From assembly GCA_051294375.1 (NCBI GenBank), contig CM119263.1:28433280-28497279 (forward strand): 64,000 bases of DNA, in the 5' to 3' direction. Both the position numbers and the translations under genes were made by a program. The notes below the pieces were generated by a model that saw only the letters and a program-made list of their open reading frames with translations, ran no database searches and was not told where the DNA came from. Origin of the DNA: Paraspadella gotoi (Eukaryota > Animalia > Chaetognatha). This document shows, in pieces, positions 1-13,714 of this stretch (positions are counted from its first letter, which is position 1; the number at the start of each line of letters is the position of its first letter).

Positions 1-199
1 CAAAATGATTAACGAGGTTTTCATTCCCAATGTTTTACCCACCCACTGTTCCGGGATTCTTTTTCTCACTTATTAGATTTAACCCGCAAAGACCCATCGT
101 CTACGATTTATTAGAATCTGATTTCATTTTTGTTAATTTTTATAAAATCATCATCTTCATTATCATCGACTATCATACAAAACAGTTTTAACGGCATCG

Positions 200-345
200 A
201 TCTACCTTGAGGGTTTTCCACGCCCTCACGGCGGTTTACGGCCGTCCTCACAATCGCCGCAGGGGAGGTACCTTTGGGATTTGATCCCGGTGTCTAAGTG
301 TCTCATAGTCATGAGCTAATGTTATTACTAAATAGGTCACCGGGT
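200..345 (-). mobile_element. tRNA-derived SINE-like repeat
   Basis: Minus strand begins with a tRNA-like head (weak A-box-like TGACCTATTTAGT, B-box-like GGGATCAAATCCC). The body TTGAGGGTTT..CCAC.CCC...GGCGG.TTACGGCCGTCCTCAC...CCGCAGGG recurs at ~48843-48900. Confidence 0.5.
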
Positions 346-2099
346 CATGACTGAAGGTGAACTTGTTGCAATGCACGACTACAGTTTAAAGTATAAACTT
401 TTAAGTTTTATGAATACCTCCATTGATTTTTGTTTCTCAGTTCTAATTTTCTCACTTCTGAAATTATAGAACGATAGAGCGATAGAGCGATATTAGAATT
501 ACCCGTGAAAAATAAAACCACGTACGTTCCCCAGATGGGCAGTTTTAAGCGCAACATTTTTTGTGTTCGTTATGAGTGGCATTTGCCAGCGAGGTTGCCA
601 CAATGGCGAAGCGATTGTCGACGTAACAGCCTCGCCATGACCGAACCATAAACAGGCGGTCGACATTCGATCGCCCTCATCTCAACCAATAAAACAAAAT
701 GGAGGATCATAATTCAGGAGGAGAGTGAAAGAGGATCTGGCGGGGTGTGGAAGAGAGAAAGGGGTGTGTGTTGTGGAGGGGAATGTTGAGGGTGTAGGGT
801 GTTGAGAGGATATTGGAGAAAAGGGTGCGGAGGGGAGAGTATGGTTTGGATTGTGGGGTAGATGGGAAGGTTGAATGACTGTGGAATGAAAGGAAGAGGA
901 GAAAGTCTGAGTAAAAGGTAACTCAGATGTTTATGTTTATGTTTATGTTTATGTTTACTCTCTGAAATGAATTGTAGAAAGTGCAGTTTAAATTAGTAAT
1001 ATTAAAAAATCTTTTCAAACTAAGACTATNNNNNNNNNNNNNNNNNNNNNNNNNNNNNNNNNNNNNNNNNNNNNNNNNNNNNNNNNNNNNNNNNNNNNNN
1101 NNNNNNNNNNNNNNNNNNNNNNNNNNNNNNNNNNNNNNNNNNNNNNNNNNNNNNNNNNNNNNNNNNNNNNNNNNNNNNNNNNNNNNNNNNNNNNNNNNNN
1201 NNNNNNNNNNNNNNNNNNNNNNGATCATCAAACAATATTGAGTCAATTTTCGAGTAATGGCGCGGAATTCTAAAGGGCCTTTAATCCAACTGGTGGCACA
1301 GAATGATTAATTAAAAGGCTTTCGTTCCATTTGAATCCAAAAGGCAATCACGCACGGACAGAATTTGATTAACCCATTTCTCAGGTAAAAGAAAGAAAGA
1401 AAGAAAGAAAGAGAGAAAGAAAGAAAGAGAGAAAGAAAGAAAGAAAGAAAGACAGACAGAAAGAAAGAAAAAAAGAGAACCACCAAAAGAAAGAAAGACA
1501 GAAATACCCTACAGATTCAGTGCTCCCCTGCGACAAAACGAAAGAAAGAAAAAAAGGCGGGGAGAACTCATTCCCATAGCTGCGATTTCAATTGTAGAAA
1601 TATTTAAATCGACAATGGNNNNNNNNNNNNNNNNNNNNNNNNNNNNNNNNNNNNNNNNNNNNNNNNNNNNNNNNNNNNNNNNNNNNNNNNNNNNNNNNNN
1701 NNNNNNNNNNNNNNNNNNNNNNNNNNNNNNNNNNNNNNNNNNNNNNNNNNNNNNNNNNNNNNNNNNNNNNNNNNNNNNNNNNNNNNNNNNNNNNNNNNNN
1801 NNNGAGAGAGAGAGAGAGAGAGGCAAAGAGGAATATATTCCACCTCCGAAACTTGAAAATTTGGCGCCACTTTTACATCGCGAAAACTGAACTGACGGTA
1901 AAAGGAAAGAATACGAGATTAATTCGAAAAAGGAAACTGAAAATTTTCGACGTTAAATGTGTTACTTTTTTTGTAAGGGGGGCGAGGGGGTTAGTTTAGG
2001 AGAACAAAGTAGTAATAAGTATATAGAAAAAACGAGGAAAAAATAAAAACAAAGGAGCGAGAAAATGAAAATGTGGCTGATTAAAAAAGAGAAATGGGA

Positions 2100-5000
2100 G
2101 GAAGGGTTCTCTTACGCTTCGAAAACTGTCGGCCAAAAGTCGTGCCTTAGTGAAATTAATGCCCCCGTGAAAGTCCGGAGTCAAAACTGAGTCAGTTTCG
2201 AAATTCATCTCCAATATTAGCGAGGAATCAGCAATCTTATCCCTATCTCCAAAACCTCAATGTTACTGTCATTATTCCGAGGGTTAGATGGAACACCGCC
2301 AGGGGATTTCTAATGTAGCGCGGATAGGTATAAGGGGATAATGCCTACCCTAATGCAGTGCGCGGAAAATTGTTCATCGATATCTTTTATCGCCACACCT
2401 AATTTAACCTGACATACTCATGTCACTCCTTAGGCCTAATACGGCGACCCTCGCTCAACCTGGCTCTCCGCCGAATAAAATAACCAAATAAATTACCAAA
2501 TTCCACCAATACAGGCCTCCGAAAAACCGGCGCTCAGCTTTCCGTTCCGCAAGCCTACCGATTAGAAACAATCCAGAGATAGTAAGAGTCTTGAGTTAGT
2601 TTTAAAGCCAATTAAGCCCTCGACTTTGGAAATCCATTGAATTTTCGATGAAATTAAAAAGAAATAAAAGAATAATTAATTAAAAAAAATAGGAACATTG
2701 AGTAAACGGAACCAAGCTCGGAGCGGTTCTCGGGCCCGTCGGGAGTGTCTCAGAACGTCGGAGAAGGATAGTAAGTTATCCCTCAAAGTATCGAGTGGAA
2801 GGTCGACCTAGCTCAAAAAGGGCTTGAAGGTGGGATGATGAGGATTTAGAATAATTTATTTTCATTTTTTTACTTTTTTAGGAAGAGGAGTCGAGGTGTC
2901 TTATATATACTTACCAGAGAAATGGTGACATTTTAAGGTTTGTGTAGTGTGTAAGAGGAAAAAGAAACGAGAGGTGGAAGAAATACATAAGTAGAAGTTA
3001 GACATGTTACGACCCCTTTAAATAGCTGAACACTCCTTCACCTTCTAGGACCTTAATACACTCTACGGACCGACCGGCACCTCCTCTTGAACTGTCACCC
3101 AAAAAAAACTGGGCTCTCGGTAACGGCGGAACGACCAAAGAAAGCTCCTCCCTGACTCTACCTTCTCTGATAATCAACTTTTGTAGCCACCGACCGGGGC
3201 AAGGCAGCCTCCCCGCCCTTTAAAACCTATACCTTTGGGCTTTCTGTCTAACAGAACAGGGCCAGGGAATAGCAGGTACTCCTTTTAACTAACCTTTCGG
3301 ACTTGTAGCAACGGCCGGCCAGTGGGTCTGTATTTATAAAACCCCCCTTTAAAACTAGCCTTTGATAACTTGTATTGCACAGATCCATGGCAAGCATCAA
3401 CCACCCTTTAAAACTAACCTCTTGGCACTTCTTTAGCCCAACTTAATGGCCAGGTCAAGCCAGCAACCCCATTGAAAAACCTAACCTCTTCTCGTGACTC
3501 TCTTGTAGCAAACCTCAGGGCAGGGCACAGCAGCACCGGTTATGACCGTAGCAGAATACTTCTTTTGAGCTCGAACTCTACCATCTCGTAATCGTAATAC
3601 CGACGTTCTCGTGAGTTCTCCTCTCTCCCTCTTCTGTCTCTCCTCTCTTTCAGAAAGAACAGGAATCTCGAAGGAGATATTACTTGTGAGTAATTTCCGC
3701 TTTTATCTTCTCAGAAAGGGGCGGATTCAGAATGAAGATCAGTGGAGGAACCGTGGTCCCAAACACCAGCCAGCCATGCTCATAACGAACAAGAGGCCGG
3801 GAGAGGCTCCACGGAACGTTCAATTAGGCCAGCTCGAGGTACTCTGCTTCAGAGCTTTTGTGATGAGGATAGGACCTGGGGGAAGGGTAAGGAGAAAGGG
3901 GCGCACGCCAAGAGAGGAAAGAGGAGAAAAGGGAAGGTGGGGAGGATCGAGAAAGAATCTTTCATGGCTTTTATGGTCAGGATTATTGAGAAGTTAAAAT
4001 ATTAAGATGATGTGTTGAAAGAAGAGGGAGACGAAGAAGAAGATGGGACCCCAGCAAGCCCAGAAGAAGTGATGGTGGTAAGAGGCAAATGGTTTCGAGG
4101 AGTCGGTAGGGGGAGGGATTTGAGAGGACGAGAGGGAATGATGAGGAACAGAGGGAGTGTGGTGGAACGTTAGGATAAATTTCGTTATGTAGGTTTGAGA
4201 CATGAATTGAGCGACGGAAGAAGGAGGTTGAATATTAAACAATCAAAAACTGAGATGATTGGGAAGTTCGTCGAATGAGAGATGGAAGAGCAGAGACAGA
4301 GAGTAGCAGAGAGCGAGAGAAGAGAGAAGATGGTGTCCCAAATTGGGTGGAAGGGAGAGTGAGCAGAGAGAAAGAAGGACGAGAGAGACCGCAAGGACCA
4401 CAAAGCGGACTACTCCTGCAGAACATTTGAGGAAGATACGGAGGGCGCGAGTTGAGGGCATTTTTGTTGGTCACATAACCTATATCACGAGATCATCGTG
4501 GATGCAGACAAATCATCAGTGGAATTGTGGAAATAATCTGACAGAAACAAATAGGAATATGGATAATGCGAGGTTGGATATAATACAAAAAGCAAAATAA
4601 ATTTAAAAACCTGGAGCTTATGTAAGGGATAATATGAGTGAATTTTGAAATGACCTCTTATAACAAAAATTTAGTTAGATAACGTTACAGAGAGCATGAA
4701 AACTTGCGCAGAGAAAGAGAGCTAGCTGCAGTACGTTCTGGATGATAGGACCGAGCGAGGAGATCTAGAGTTTCGCGTGAGACCGTAATTGTATCCGCAT
4801 TGTGGAGATATCAGAGGTATTGTAATAGTATAACAATCAAAACTGAATTAGATTGGAGTGAAGAGTTTTTGAATAATGAGAGAGAGAAAAGAAATGAATA
4901 GAGAGTAGAATGAGAAAGAGTGATACTTGCGGACTGTATCGGTAGGAGACGGAGTGCCCAATATATATCATGAGGAATCTGTAGAAAGTTGAGGGACTCA

Positions 5001-5200
5001 AGTAAATACCGTAATGGAAATTCAAAACAGGAAAACAATATTTCGTTCAGCTCTTTCGGAAGCACAAGAGGAATCGACCCTTGAATGAATATGCGATTCT
5101 TGGTAATCTCATGTGGCTGGAGAAGTCTTGTAGCTGAGGAATTAAACTCATGAATAACAATAATTTTAAACATATAAAAAATATGATGTACTAGATGGTT
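2100..5200 (-). mobile_element. Degraded or noisy DIRS-like (tyrosine recombinase) retrotransposon
   Basis: Frameshifted minus-strand motifs in the expected order: RT-like DYFH (~4540), GLNSAPRIF-like (~4440-4460) and YLDD-like (~4270); RNase H-like LFVMSMAGW (~3770-3800); YR-like LLSFS..RSE (~2760) and DEQFSAHCIRVG (~2345-2380, HxxR). Terminal repeats not found; boundaries approximate. Confidence 0.55.
3150..3540. repeat. Degenerate ~60-bp tandem repeat inside the DIRS-like element
   Basis: About six recurrences of CCCTTTAAAACTAACCTTT...CTTGTAGC...GGCAAG-like units. Confidence 0.5.
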
Positions 5201-6910
5201 TTGTTTTTAAATGATACAATTATTATTAAAAAAGACGTACAGAATATTCAGAATGAGGAGAGGTCACTCGAATAGCTTACTGATTCTTGTTTTATTTCCA
5301 TTATGCTAACAATATCCGTATTAATAAAAAGTCCGGTACTAATTTAAAAAATACGACAATTCGAACATGTAGTCATGGTACAAATCTGAAAATGATTTCT
5401 TACGTCTCGTCGTGAGATCATACAACGACTGAGCATGACAAACACGACAGCGTACTCGCAATTCTCTTCATCTCCAACGTGGAGGCGAGATGAAATTGGA
5501 TTCTAGGATTTCTTGAGAATCATCTCTGAAAAAGTTCTCAAGTGGTGAGGCGGACGTGTAATGTTGATTCTCGTTCATAAAACAAAACAAACAAAGAAAA
5601 TGGCCGAAACAATCTGTTAGCGCTTTCTTTCGGGACTTTTTTTGGATTTGTATTTGGTCTTTAGTAATAATAATTAAAAAAAAAAAGACACAGAAACTCA
5701 CCGCACTTCGTCGCTTCGTCAGGGTCTTTAAACAATCACCATATTAAATCATAAGGGTAACTTTGCTACGGCAACAATCACACAATTACACATTTTACAT
5801 CTAAGATCTGTCATGCCGGTGTCTACATAATCAAAGGGCGTTCTGTGCTCGCCTAATTGCTATCTGTCTTAATGATTTCCGCTTTTCGTAATGGTTTTAT
5901 GTTTCTCCTGTCTCGTGCTAACAAATGAGCACCTCAGTTTAGTTCGTCGAGCGCTTATTTTTAACGTGTTTACGTCTTTGACGATTCTGAATACTCCATG
6001 TCTCTCCTACTCTCTCTCTCCCTCTCTCTCCTGACCGAACCGAACCGACCGACTCGTGCATCGTACGTCCGATTCCCTACTCCCGTAGCATCCTCCTGAC
6101 CTCTAACTCCCGATCTGACTCTCTCCCAGTCATCTTCTCTCTCTCTATCTCTCTCTCGTCTCCTGCTGCGTCTTCGATTAATTGTTTCCATTCCTNNNNN
6201 NNNNNNNNNNNNNNNNNNNNGAGAGAGCGAGAGCCTTATGTAAAGTTAATTTCCCCTGACGACGACGAAGTCGAAGAAGACGACAACAAGGACGACGACG
6301 ACGATAACGAATACGACAACGATAAAACAACAGAGACGACGACGACGACGACGACGACCCGGACTTTGGTCATCACGATTCTCCTCCTTTTTTCTGTTAA
6401 ATCAATATCAGAATTCCTTCCTTCCTTCCATAAATGACCACAGAAATCATATATATTTCATAAAGGCAGTATATACAATATATACAATGGATATCAGAGC
6501 CGCCGTCAACAGTGTGAGTTTTGGAAAGTTCAGTGTGGTTTCCAATCAATCTTAAATTCTTAACCAACCATTCCATAGTAGCTCCATTCTCTCCACTCTT
6601 TCTCCAATTGACACCCAAACGATTTTCAATTTCACCACACCCCTAACCACAATTATTTGCCCCTTCCACCACACTGGGCGTTTGTCCCCCCGCCCCTTCC
6701 TGAAAAAAGAAGAAAAAAAAGGGAATGTNNNNNNNNNNNNNNNNNNNNNNNNNNNNNNNNNNNNNNNNNNNNNNNNNNNNNNNNNNNNNNNNNNNNNNNN
6801 NNNNNNNNNNNNNNNNNNNNNNNNNNNNNNNNNNNNNNNNNNNNNNNNNNNNNNNNNNNNNNNNNNNNNNNNNNNNNNNNNNNNNNNNNNNNNNNNNNNN
6901 NNNNNNNNNN

Positions 6911-6947
<37 letters not shown>

Positions 6948-9900
6948 CCCCTTAGTGCTTTTTTGGTGGTTTTTTCTCGGTTTCTTTAAAAAGAGTTGAT
7001 GTTTCCTTCGGGAATTTTCTTTCTTTCTTTCACCCTTAACGGCGTTTTTTTTTGCGGAGAGGGCGGAGTTCCTAAGGTTTTTATATTTTCAAATCCGCCT
7101 GCTGTAGCCTTTCCTCTTCCTCTTCCTCCTTTCCCTCACTTTTTTGTAGCCTTTCCTCTTTCTCTTCCTCCTTCCCCTCCCTCTTTCCTCTCTTACCGCC
7201 TCTCCTTCTTACACGAAATACCGATCAGGGAAGGCACCCTTTTCGCTTGTTCGCCTTTCGTCTATTTGTTTGCTTGAACCGTCATCCGGCGCTCAATTAC
7301 TCTACACGCTCATGTCTCTCCTCATTCTATGGTCTCCTCTACATATGCTCTTTCGTCTCTCCTCTCGCCCTCTCCTCGCTCTCCTCTCTCTCTCTCTCTC
7401 CGTCTCTCTCTCTCCCTCTACTCTCTCTCTCTCATTTTCGCGCAGATCTGCCTTACTTTCTTTCAGCCTTTTTATTGGCGGAAAAGAAATTCACTTCGAC
7501 GGATAATCTCGCCCTCTCGTGACGACGAGTTGAAATGTAGAGACGAAGACGAGAGAGAGAGAGACGAGACCGAGAGAGAGAGACCGAGAGAGAGAGAGCC
7601 GAGAGGAGAGAGAGAGAGAGAAGAGACAAGCATTGTGAAAGTTGACTGTCATTTAAGAACGCGAGATAGATAAGTTGAGACAAGTCCCGGTAAAGGGTTT
7701 GAAACAGAGATTTCAAAAAGAGAGTAGCAAAGTAAAAAAAAGATTAATTTAACAATAAACTTATAAAAGTTGGTTATTGAGTATTGACTTGTAAAAACGA
7801 GAAAATCGAAAAGCATCTATAACTCATATAAAGCTTATCAAGATACACTTAGACACCGCAATCATGGGGGGAGATTGCATCCTCAAAAAAAGAGCACGCA
7901 AGAAAAAACACCTCGGAACCCTGAAGAAAAAAAAGAAAAAAAAAAAAAAATAGATGAGGACAATAGAAAACACAACACAAACAAAAAAAACAGGCAATAA
8001 CAACTGCGGATCTGGCACAGAAACAAAATGAGATGAAGTCCAGAAGGTATAAAAATATGGAAGATACGGAGAAAATAAAAAGAATATAAAAAGAACCATC
8101 TCTCTCAAGTTGTGTTCATATGCCTACGTACTTTTATTGATTAGCTAGTGACATCGTCATCTACAACGCAATAAAAATCAATTTAACATTGAGTCTCCAC
8201 CATAAAAAAACTGACCTAGATTTATCTATTAGATAAGGCTATCTCTGCCCATGGCAGCTGCGACTACCCTGCTCGATAGGTGGGTTATAGCCACAATTCT
8301 CTCATCTAAAGCAGACCCAGGCAAGCTTCTAATCAAAACTCCAGATCTAGATTTATTAACTCCCAGCAGTCACTTTTGCCTTGTTTAACCGTGAAATGTT
8401 ATTTATGAACATTATAAATTAAATCGCTTTAATATCGCTACAATATATAAACGCTCATTGATATATAATATATAACTTAATACCAAATATCAGAATCATC
8501 ACCTTTTCTCTTCTATAACATAACTTACCCACAAGCATATCCGCCGTTCGCCACCTTATCAAAAGTTCAAACTAATTGTTACAACCGCGAGACTCGCGTC
8601 TCAGGGACAAGAAACAAAAAGAGAAGAAAAAGTAAAATTGGGTTTCGGGTTTAAGGATTTACGACCGAATTCGCGGCAAACTACGGCCCAGCTGCTGCGA
8701 GGTCCAACTTTGCGGCCAACTTTTAGCGGTCGCCGTCTTCGCGCAGACGAATACTTCAAAAATTGCGGACTTATTTAAACGGCACGTCACCCGGGCGCCA
8801 AAGGCGCCGGCCCGGCAGCTCGACGGGTCTGCAGGCGAGGATGAGATTTCTGCGCCGCCAAAGTGTAACGCGCATGGATTAATTGGCAGCACAGCTTACT
8901 CGAAATTAATAACAGATAAAATTCATTCTTAACCGCTGCAATCAGACTTTTTCGTTTTCTAGTGCTTTCAAATCATAGTTAAAAAATTTATACTATGGAA
9001 TAATTTTAGAAATGGTATAATTCCTAATGTATTTCTAACAACTTCGAAATAAATTTGTCATATATTCTATCGAATATCCTATACAATAAATTAGGCCACT
9101 TTATGTGCCACTAGAACCTATTAATGGCTGGCTTGCTTGAACGTCAGGCAAATTCGTGAAATTGATAATTGAAAGCGCTTCTAGACCAGATCTCCCCTGA
9201 CCTTGATTTAAACCAGGCTAATAACGGCTTGTTCAAAGTCGTCCGTTGTGGCTACATTCTCCGCTATGCAGAGAGAGGCAGTAGAGAGACAGACGGAAGA
9301 CGAGAGATCTGATGAGAGAGCGAGAGAGAGTTCGTATTGTAACCTCCGTCAACGATCTCCCCAGCCGTGAGATCGTCTTCAGGCAACTGACGGTTTTCTT
9401 AACCCAAGCGTCGAACTTTTTGAGAAAACGAGAAGATGTATAGGTCTGGGAAGTCGGGGTCTGCGACAGCTCTGCCGAGGTGGATAGAAAAGGGAGATCT
9501 AATATTAGCTATAAACAACAAAAGAAAGAAAGCGTATACTAAACTACTAAGATGTACCAGGAAGTCAATTAAAAGAAATAAAAGCCATGAACAGTTAAAA
9601 CGCGACATGAAGATCTCTACATTTCTCATAGAACAACCCTCCTCCATTCTTACTTCAAGCGCGTTTAGGAATAAGCAGCAGTCTGTGTTTTTTTAATAAT
9701 AAATTAACATATATATACAATAACAGCCATTGTTCATTACCACAGAACATAATTTAGTTTTCTTTTTAGAGAGACAAAATCTAATCCTTTTTTCATCCAG
9801 AAACATTATATTGATATTTAGCCTGAGGTTAAATTACAAATTCTAAAACATTAATTTAATCAAATCATTGACGTAGATTCTCAAGAAGGTCATCAAACGC

Positions 9901-12900
9901 ATCAGAACTGCTATCCAGTTTTAAATTACAAACTGGCCCCCCAGCGTAACAGCTACGCATGGATGATGATGACCCGATGATGATGACCGATGAAGCCATG
10001 GATGACCGACATCGGATGATGCATTGACGTATGATCAACTACTCGTCTCACCCTTTTCTCCTCCGCCTGCAGCTGGTCACTCCTGCCTTTTTCGATTCAC
10101 CGACGTGGGAAGTGCATATAAAATTAAGCCCGACAGACCCCTTCCCAGATGACGGAGGGGCCGTGATAAATAATTGTTTTTGGAGTGATAACAGTATATT
10201 AAGGCCTTATACTAAACGCACTGGGTTGTGATGGATTACATGTTACAAGCAGTCGAAAGCCATTAACAGGTGACTGATGATTTGGTCGAAACGGCTGAAA
10301 CGTCTGAAAAAGTGGAAACGTTCTGATAAGACTGTCGTATAAAGATCATGTGATGTAGCCGAATACCTGCTCCTCAAGCCAACTGTGCTATGAAGTGAAG
10401 GACAACAGATGAATATTAAGACATGCAGAGCGATAATTTTCAAGAGAGCAGACGAGACGAGGCATGAGAGCATAGAGAGAAGATGAAAGAGAGTGCAAGA
10501 GAGATAAAGAATTGGGGAAGGCCCTCGTCGATAAAGGAAGAGAAAAGAGAAAGCGGCGAAGAACAAGAGAGAACGAACTGTATGCGAAAAGACTTCGTAA
10601 TTCCAAGGAGGAATAGAGAGGGGTGTGAGAGAGAGTGCATCGGAGACAAGAGAGAGAGGTTAAAAGAGGCGGGAAGAGAAGGGTAGGAGGAGCAAGCAGG
10701 AAAAGAGGGCAGAGAGTTTAGACGGCGACAGGGGAGAAGAATAAGGAGGAAAGACGGTGAGTGAATTCACTCAGTGTATGAAGAACATACCTTGACACAA
10801 AAAAACCACGAAAAAGAAGGGAAAGAGGAAAAATGAGCAAGAAAAAAAAGAAAATCGTTGCGAATTGCCCAATTAACAGAATTTTATAAAGCAAAGGGAG
10901 CGGAACAAGAATTAGAACACATTAAGGAAATATACGGAAGAACTATATCAAGGATCTATTGACAGTTGCGTCGATCCACCCTCAACGTAGATAGACTTCA
11001 TCCCGAAACAGTTTTGCCCGGAAATTGACGGGTGTCTCACTCACAAGCGTAGCGAGACAGGATGAAAGACAAAGGAGAGGGTGAAGGCAGGACCAAAGCT
11101 ACATAGAAAAGTGAGACGGAAGATATCAGGAAGCCAGGAAGAGGCCTAAACAGTATAAGACAAAGTCGACGTGAAGGCAGGACGAGCAGAGGATAAAGGC
11201 TCCACAAGACAAGTTATGGGGGAAGAGGAGAAGAGAACAGAGATAAAAGACCCAGTTAATAGACCAGAAGGAGAGGGTTACAGGAGGAAGAGGAAGAGGA
11301 AAGGCCTACAAGAATATAGCAGTGAGAAGGGAGGATAGAGCAGACGGAAACCGGGCTCCAAGACAAGGTCGAGGGCGAAGGCAGGAAGACGCGAAGCAGG
11401 ACAAAGGCCTACTAAAGGTGCAGCGGGAAGCGAGGAGAGAACCNNNNNNNNNNNNNNNNNNNNNNNNNCATACTTTCTTGTAGCCTTTCCTCTCCTCGTC
11501 CTCCTTCCACTCACTTTCTTATAACCTTTCCTCTTCCTCTTCCTACTTCCCCTCACTTTCTTGTAGCCTTTCCTCCTTCCCCTCTCCTTTGTCTTTCATC
11601 CTCACCACCTCATTTCCGGCAAAACTTTCGGATGAAGTCTTCTACGTTAGGTGATCGACCAACTTTCAATAATCTCTTATAATTCTTACCTAATTCCTTA
11701 ATTGTTCTAATTTTGTTCCGCTCCCTTCTTTATAATTTTCTTTTTAATTGCAATTCGCACGATTTTCTTTTTTTTCTTCTCATTTTTCTCTTTCCCTCTT
11801 TTCTTTTTTTTTGTCAAGATTTCTTCATCACTGATGAATTCACTCCCACCTCTTCCTCCTTATTCTTCCTCCCCTTCCGTCTAAACTCTCTCCCTCTTTT
11901 CCTCTTTCCCTCCTCCCTTCTCTCCCCCTCTTACCTCTCTCTCTTTCTCCCCCTCTCTTCTTCTCCTCCCTCTCTTCCTCTTGAATTACGATCTTTTCGC
12001 TACATTCGTTTTCTCTCTTTTCCCCTTTTCTCTTTTTCTCTCCTTTATCACGAGGCCTTCCCCAATTCTTTATCTCTCTCTCACTCTCTTTCTCTCTCTC
12101 TATCTCTCTCTCTCTCTCTCTCTCTTGAAAATTATCCTTCATTCTTATATTCACTTGTCCTTCACTCATCACATAACATCACATCTTATCACATCTTATC
12201 ACGTTTCACTTTTCAACGTTTCACCTTTCGACCAAATCATCATCACCTTTAATGCTTCACTGCTTTCACATGATCCATCACAACCCACCTGCGTTTATAA
12301 GGCCAATACTTTATCACTCCCAAAAACAATTATTTATCACCCCCTCTCACTGAGCTAATTTTATATCACTCCCACTCGGTGAATCGAAAAAGTGCATCAC
12401 TCAGCGGAGGAGAAAAGGGGGAGACGATAGATGATCATCGTCATCATCATCATCGTCATCATCTTCATCGTCATCATCATCGTCATCATCATCTTCGATT
12501 TACCGCGGCCATTTTAAATTTTAAACTGGATACCGTTCATGCGTTGATCCTTTGAAATCTAACCTTGATTTGATTTAAATTAATGTTTTAAATTTTACTT
12601 TAACCTCGGCTAAATCAAATTAATGTTTCTGGAGAAAAAGTAAATTTTCTACCTAAATTATGTTCTGTAATGAACAATCTGATTATATATATGTTAATTA
12701 TTATTAAAAAAACACAGACTCTCTTATTCCTAAACCCTTGAAGTAAAATGAGGAGGGTTGTTCTAAAATTAAAATTCCCTTCATTCCGTTTAACTTTCAT
12801 CTTTTATTTCTTTAATTACTTCCTTACATCTTAGTAGTTAGTATCTTTCTTTTCTTTTTTTTATACTCATATAATCTCCCTTTTCTATCCACCCTCCAAC

Positions 12901-13018
12901 TTCCAACCCCCGACTTCCACCCTAACATCCTTCTTTCTCAAAGTCGACGCTGGGGTTAAAAACCGTCAGTTGCCTGAAACGATCTCACGGCTGGAGATCG
13001 TTACAGAGGTTACAATAC

Positions 13019-13079
<61 letters not shown>

Positions 13080-13397
13080 ACGAAATGTACCACAACGGCG
13101 ACTTTGACAAGCCGTTATTGCCTTTTAAATCAAGTCAGGGGAGATCTGTCAGAAGCGCTTTCAATTATGCCATTCACAACTTTGCCATTAATTAAGTTCT
13201 ACACAATAAAGCCTGATTTATTGTATAATATTATAAATAATACAAATTATTCCAATTTTAGAAATACATTAGGAATTATACATTTCTAAAAATTATTCCA
13301 TATATAATTTTTATAACTTATGAAACACTAAAAACGAAAAATCGTTGCACGTTTAAAATGAATTTTATCTTTTATTAATTCGAAGCTGTCTCCATTA

Positions 13398-13560
13398 CGC
13401 ATGCGCGTTACACTTTGGCGCGCAAATCTCCCTCGCCCCCTCGACGGCCGCGCCTTGGCGCCCGGTGACGTCGTTAAAAAGTCCAATTTGGAAGATCTCC
13501 CGAGACGCGACCCTAAAGTTGGCCGCAAAGTTGGCCTCAGCCGCTGGCCTAAAGTTGGCC
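13398..13560. promoter_or_regulatory. CpG-rich promoter-like segment
   Basis: NRF1-like CGCATGCGCG (13398), double E2F-like TTTGGCGCGCAAA (13414-13426), CRE-like TGACGTC (13466), three AAAGTTGGCC repeats; lies ~100-270 bp upstream of a candidate first exon. Confidence 0.45.
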
Positions 13561-13669
13561 CGAATTCGGTCGTAAATCCTTAAACCCGAACCCATTTTAC
13601 TTTTTCTCTCTTTTTGTTTCTTTCCCTCGAGACGCGAGTCTCGCGGTTGTAAATAGTTTGACTTTTGAA

Positions 13670-13714
13670 ATGGCGAACGGCGAATCTTGTGGGGTAGTTT
13701 TTATAGAAGAGAAG
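13670..13714 (+). CDS. Candidate first coding exon MANGESCGVVFIEEK; downstream exons not identified
   Basis: AAAATGG start context, 45-nt open frame, donor AAG|GTATTG, promoter-like region upstream. Confidence 0.3.

Noticed and set aside
270-345. Functional tRNA gene
   Set aside because: Only degenerate A/B-box-like motifs; no clean cloverleaf could be built, and it runs into an interspersed repeat body.
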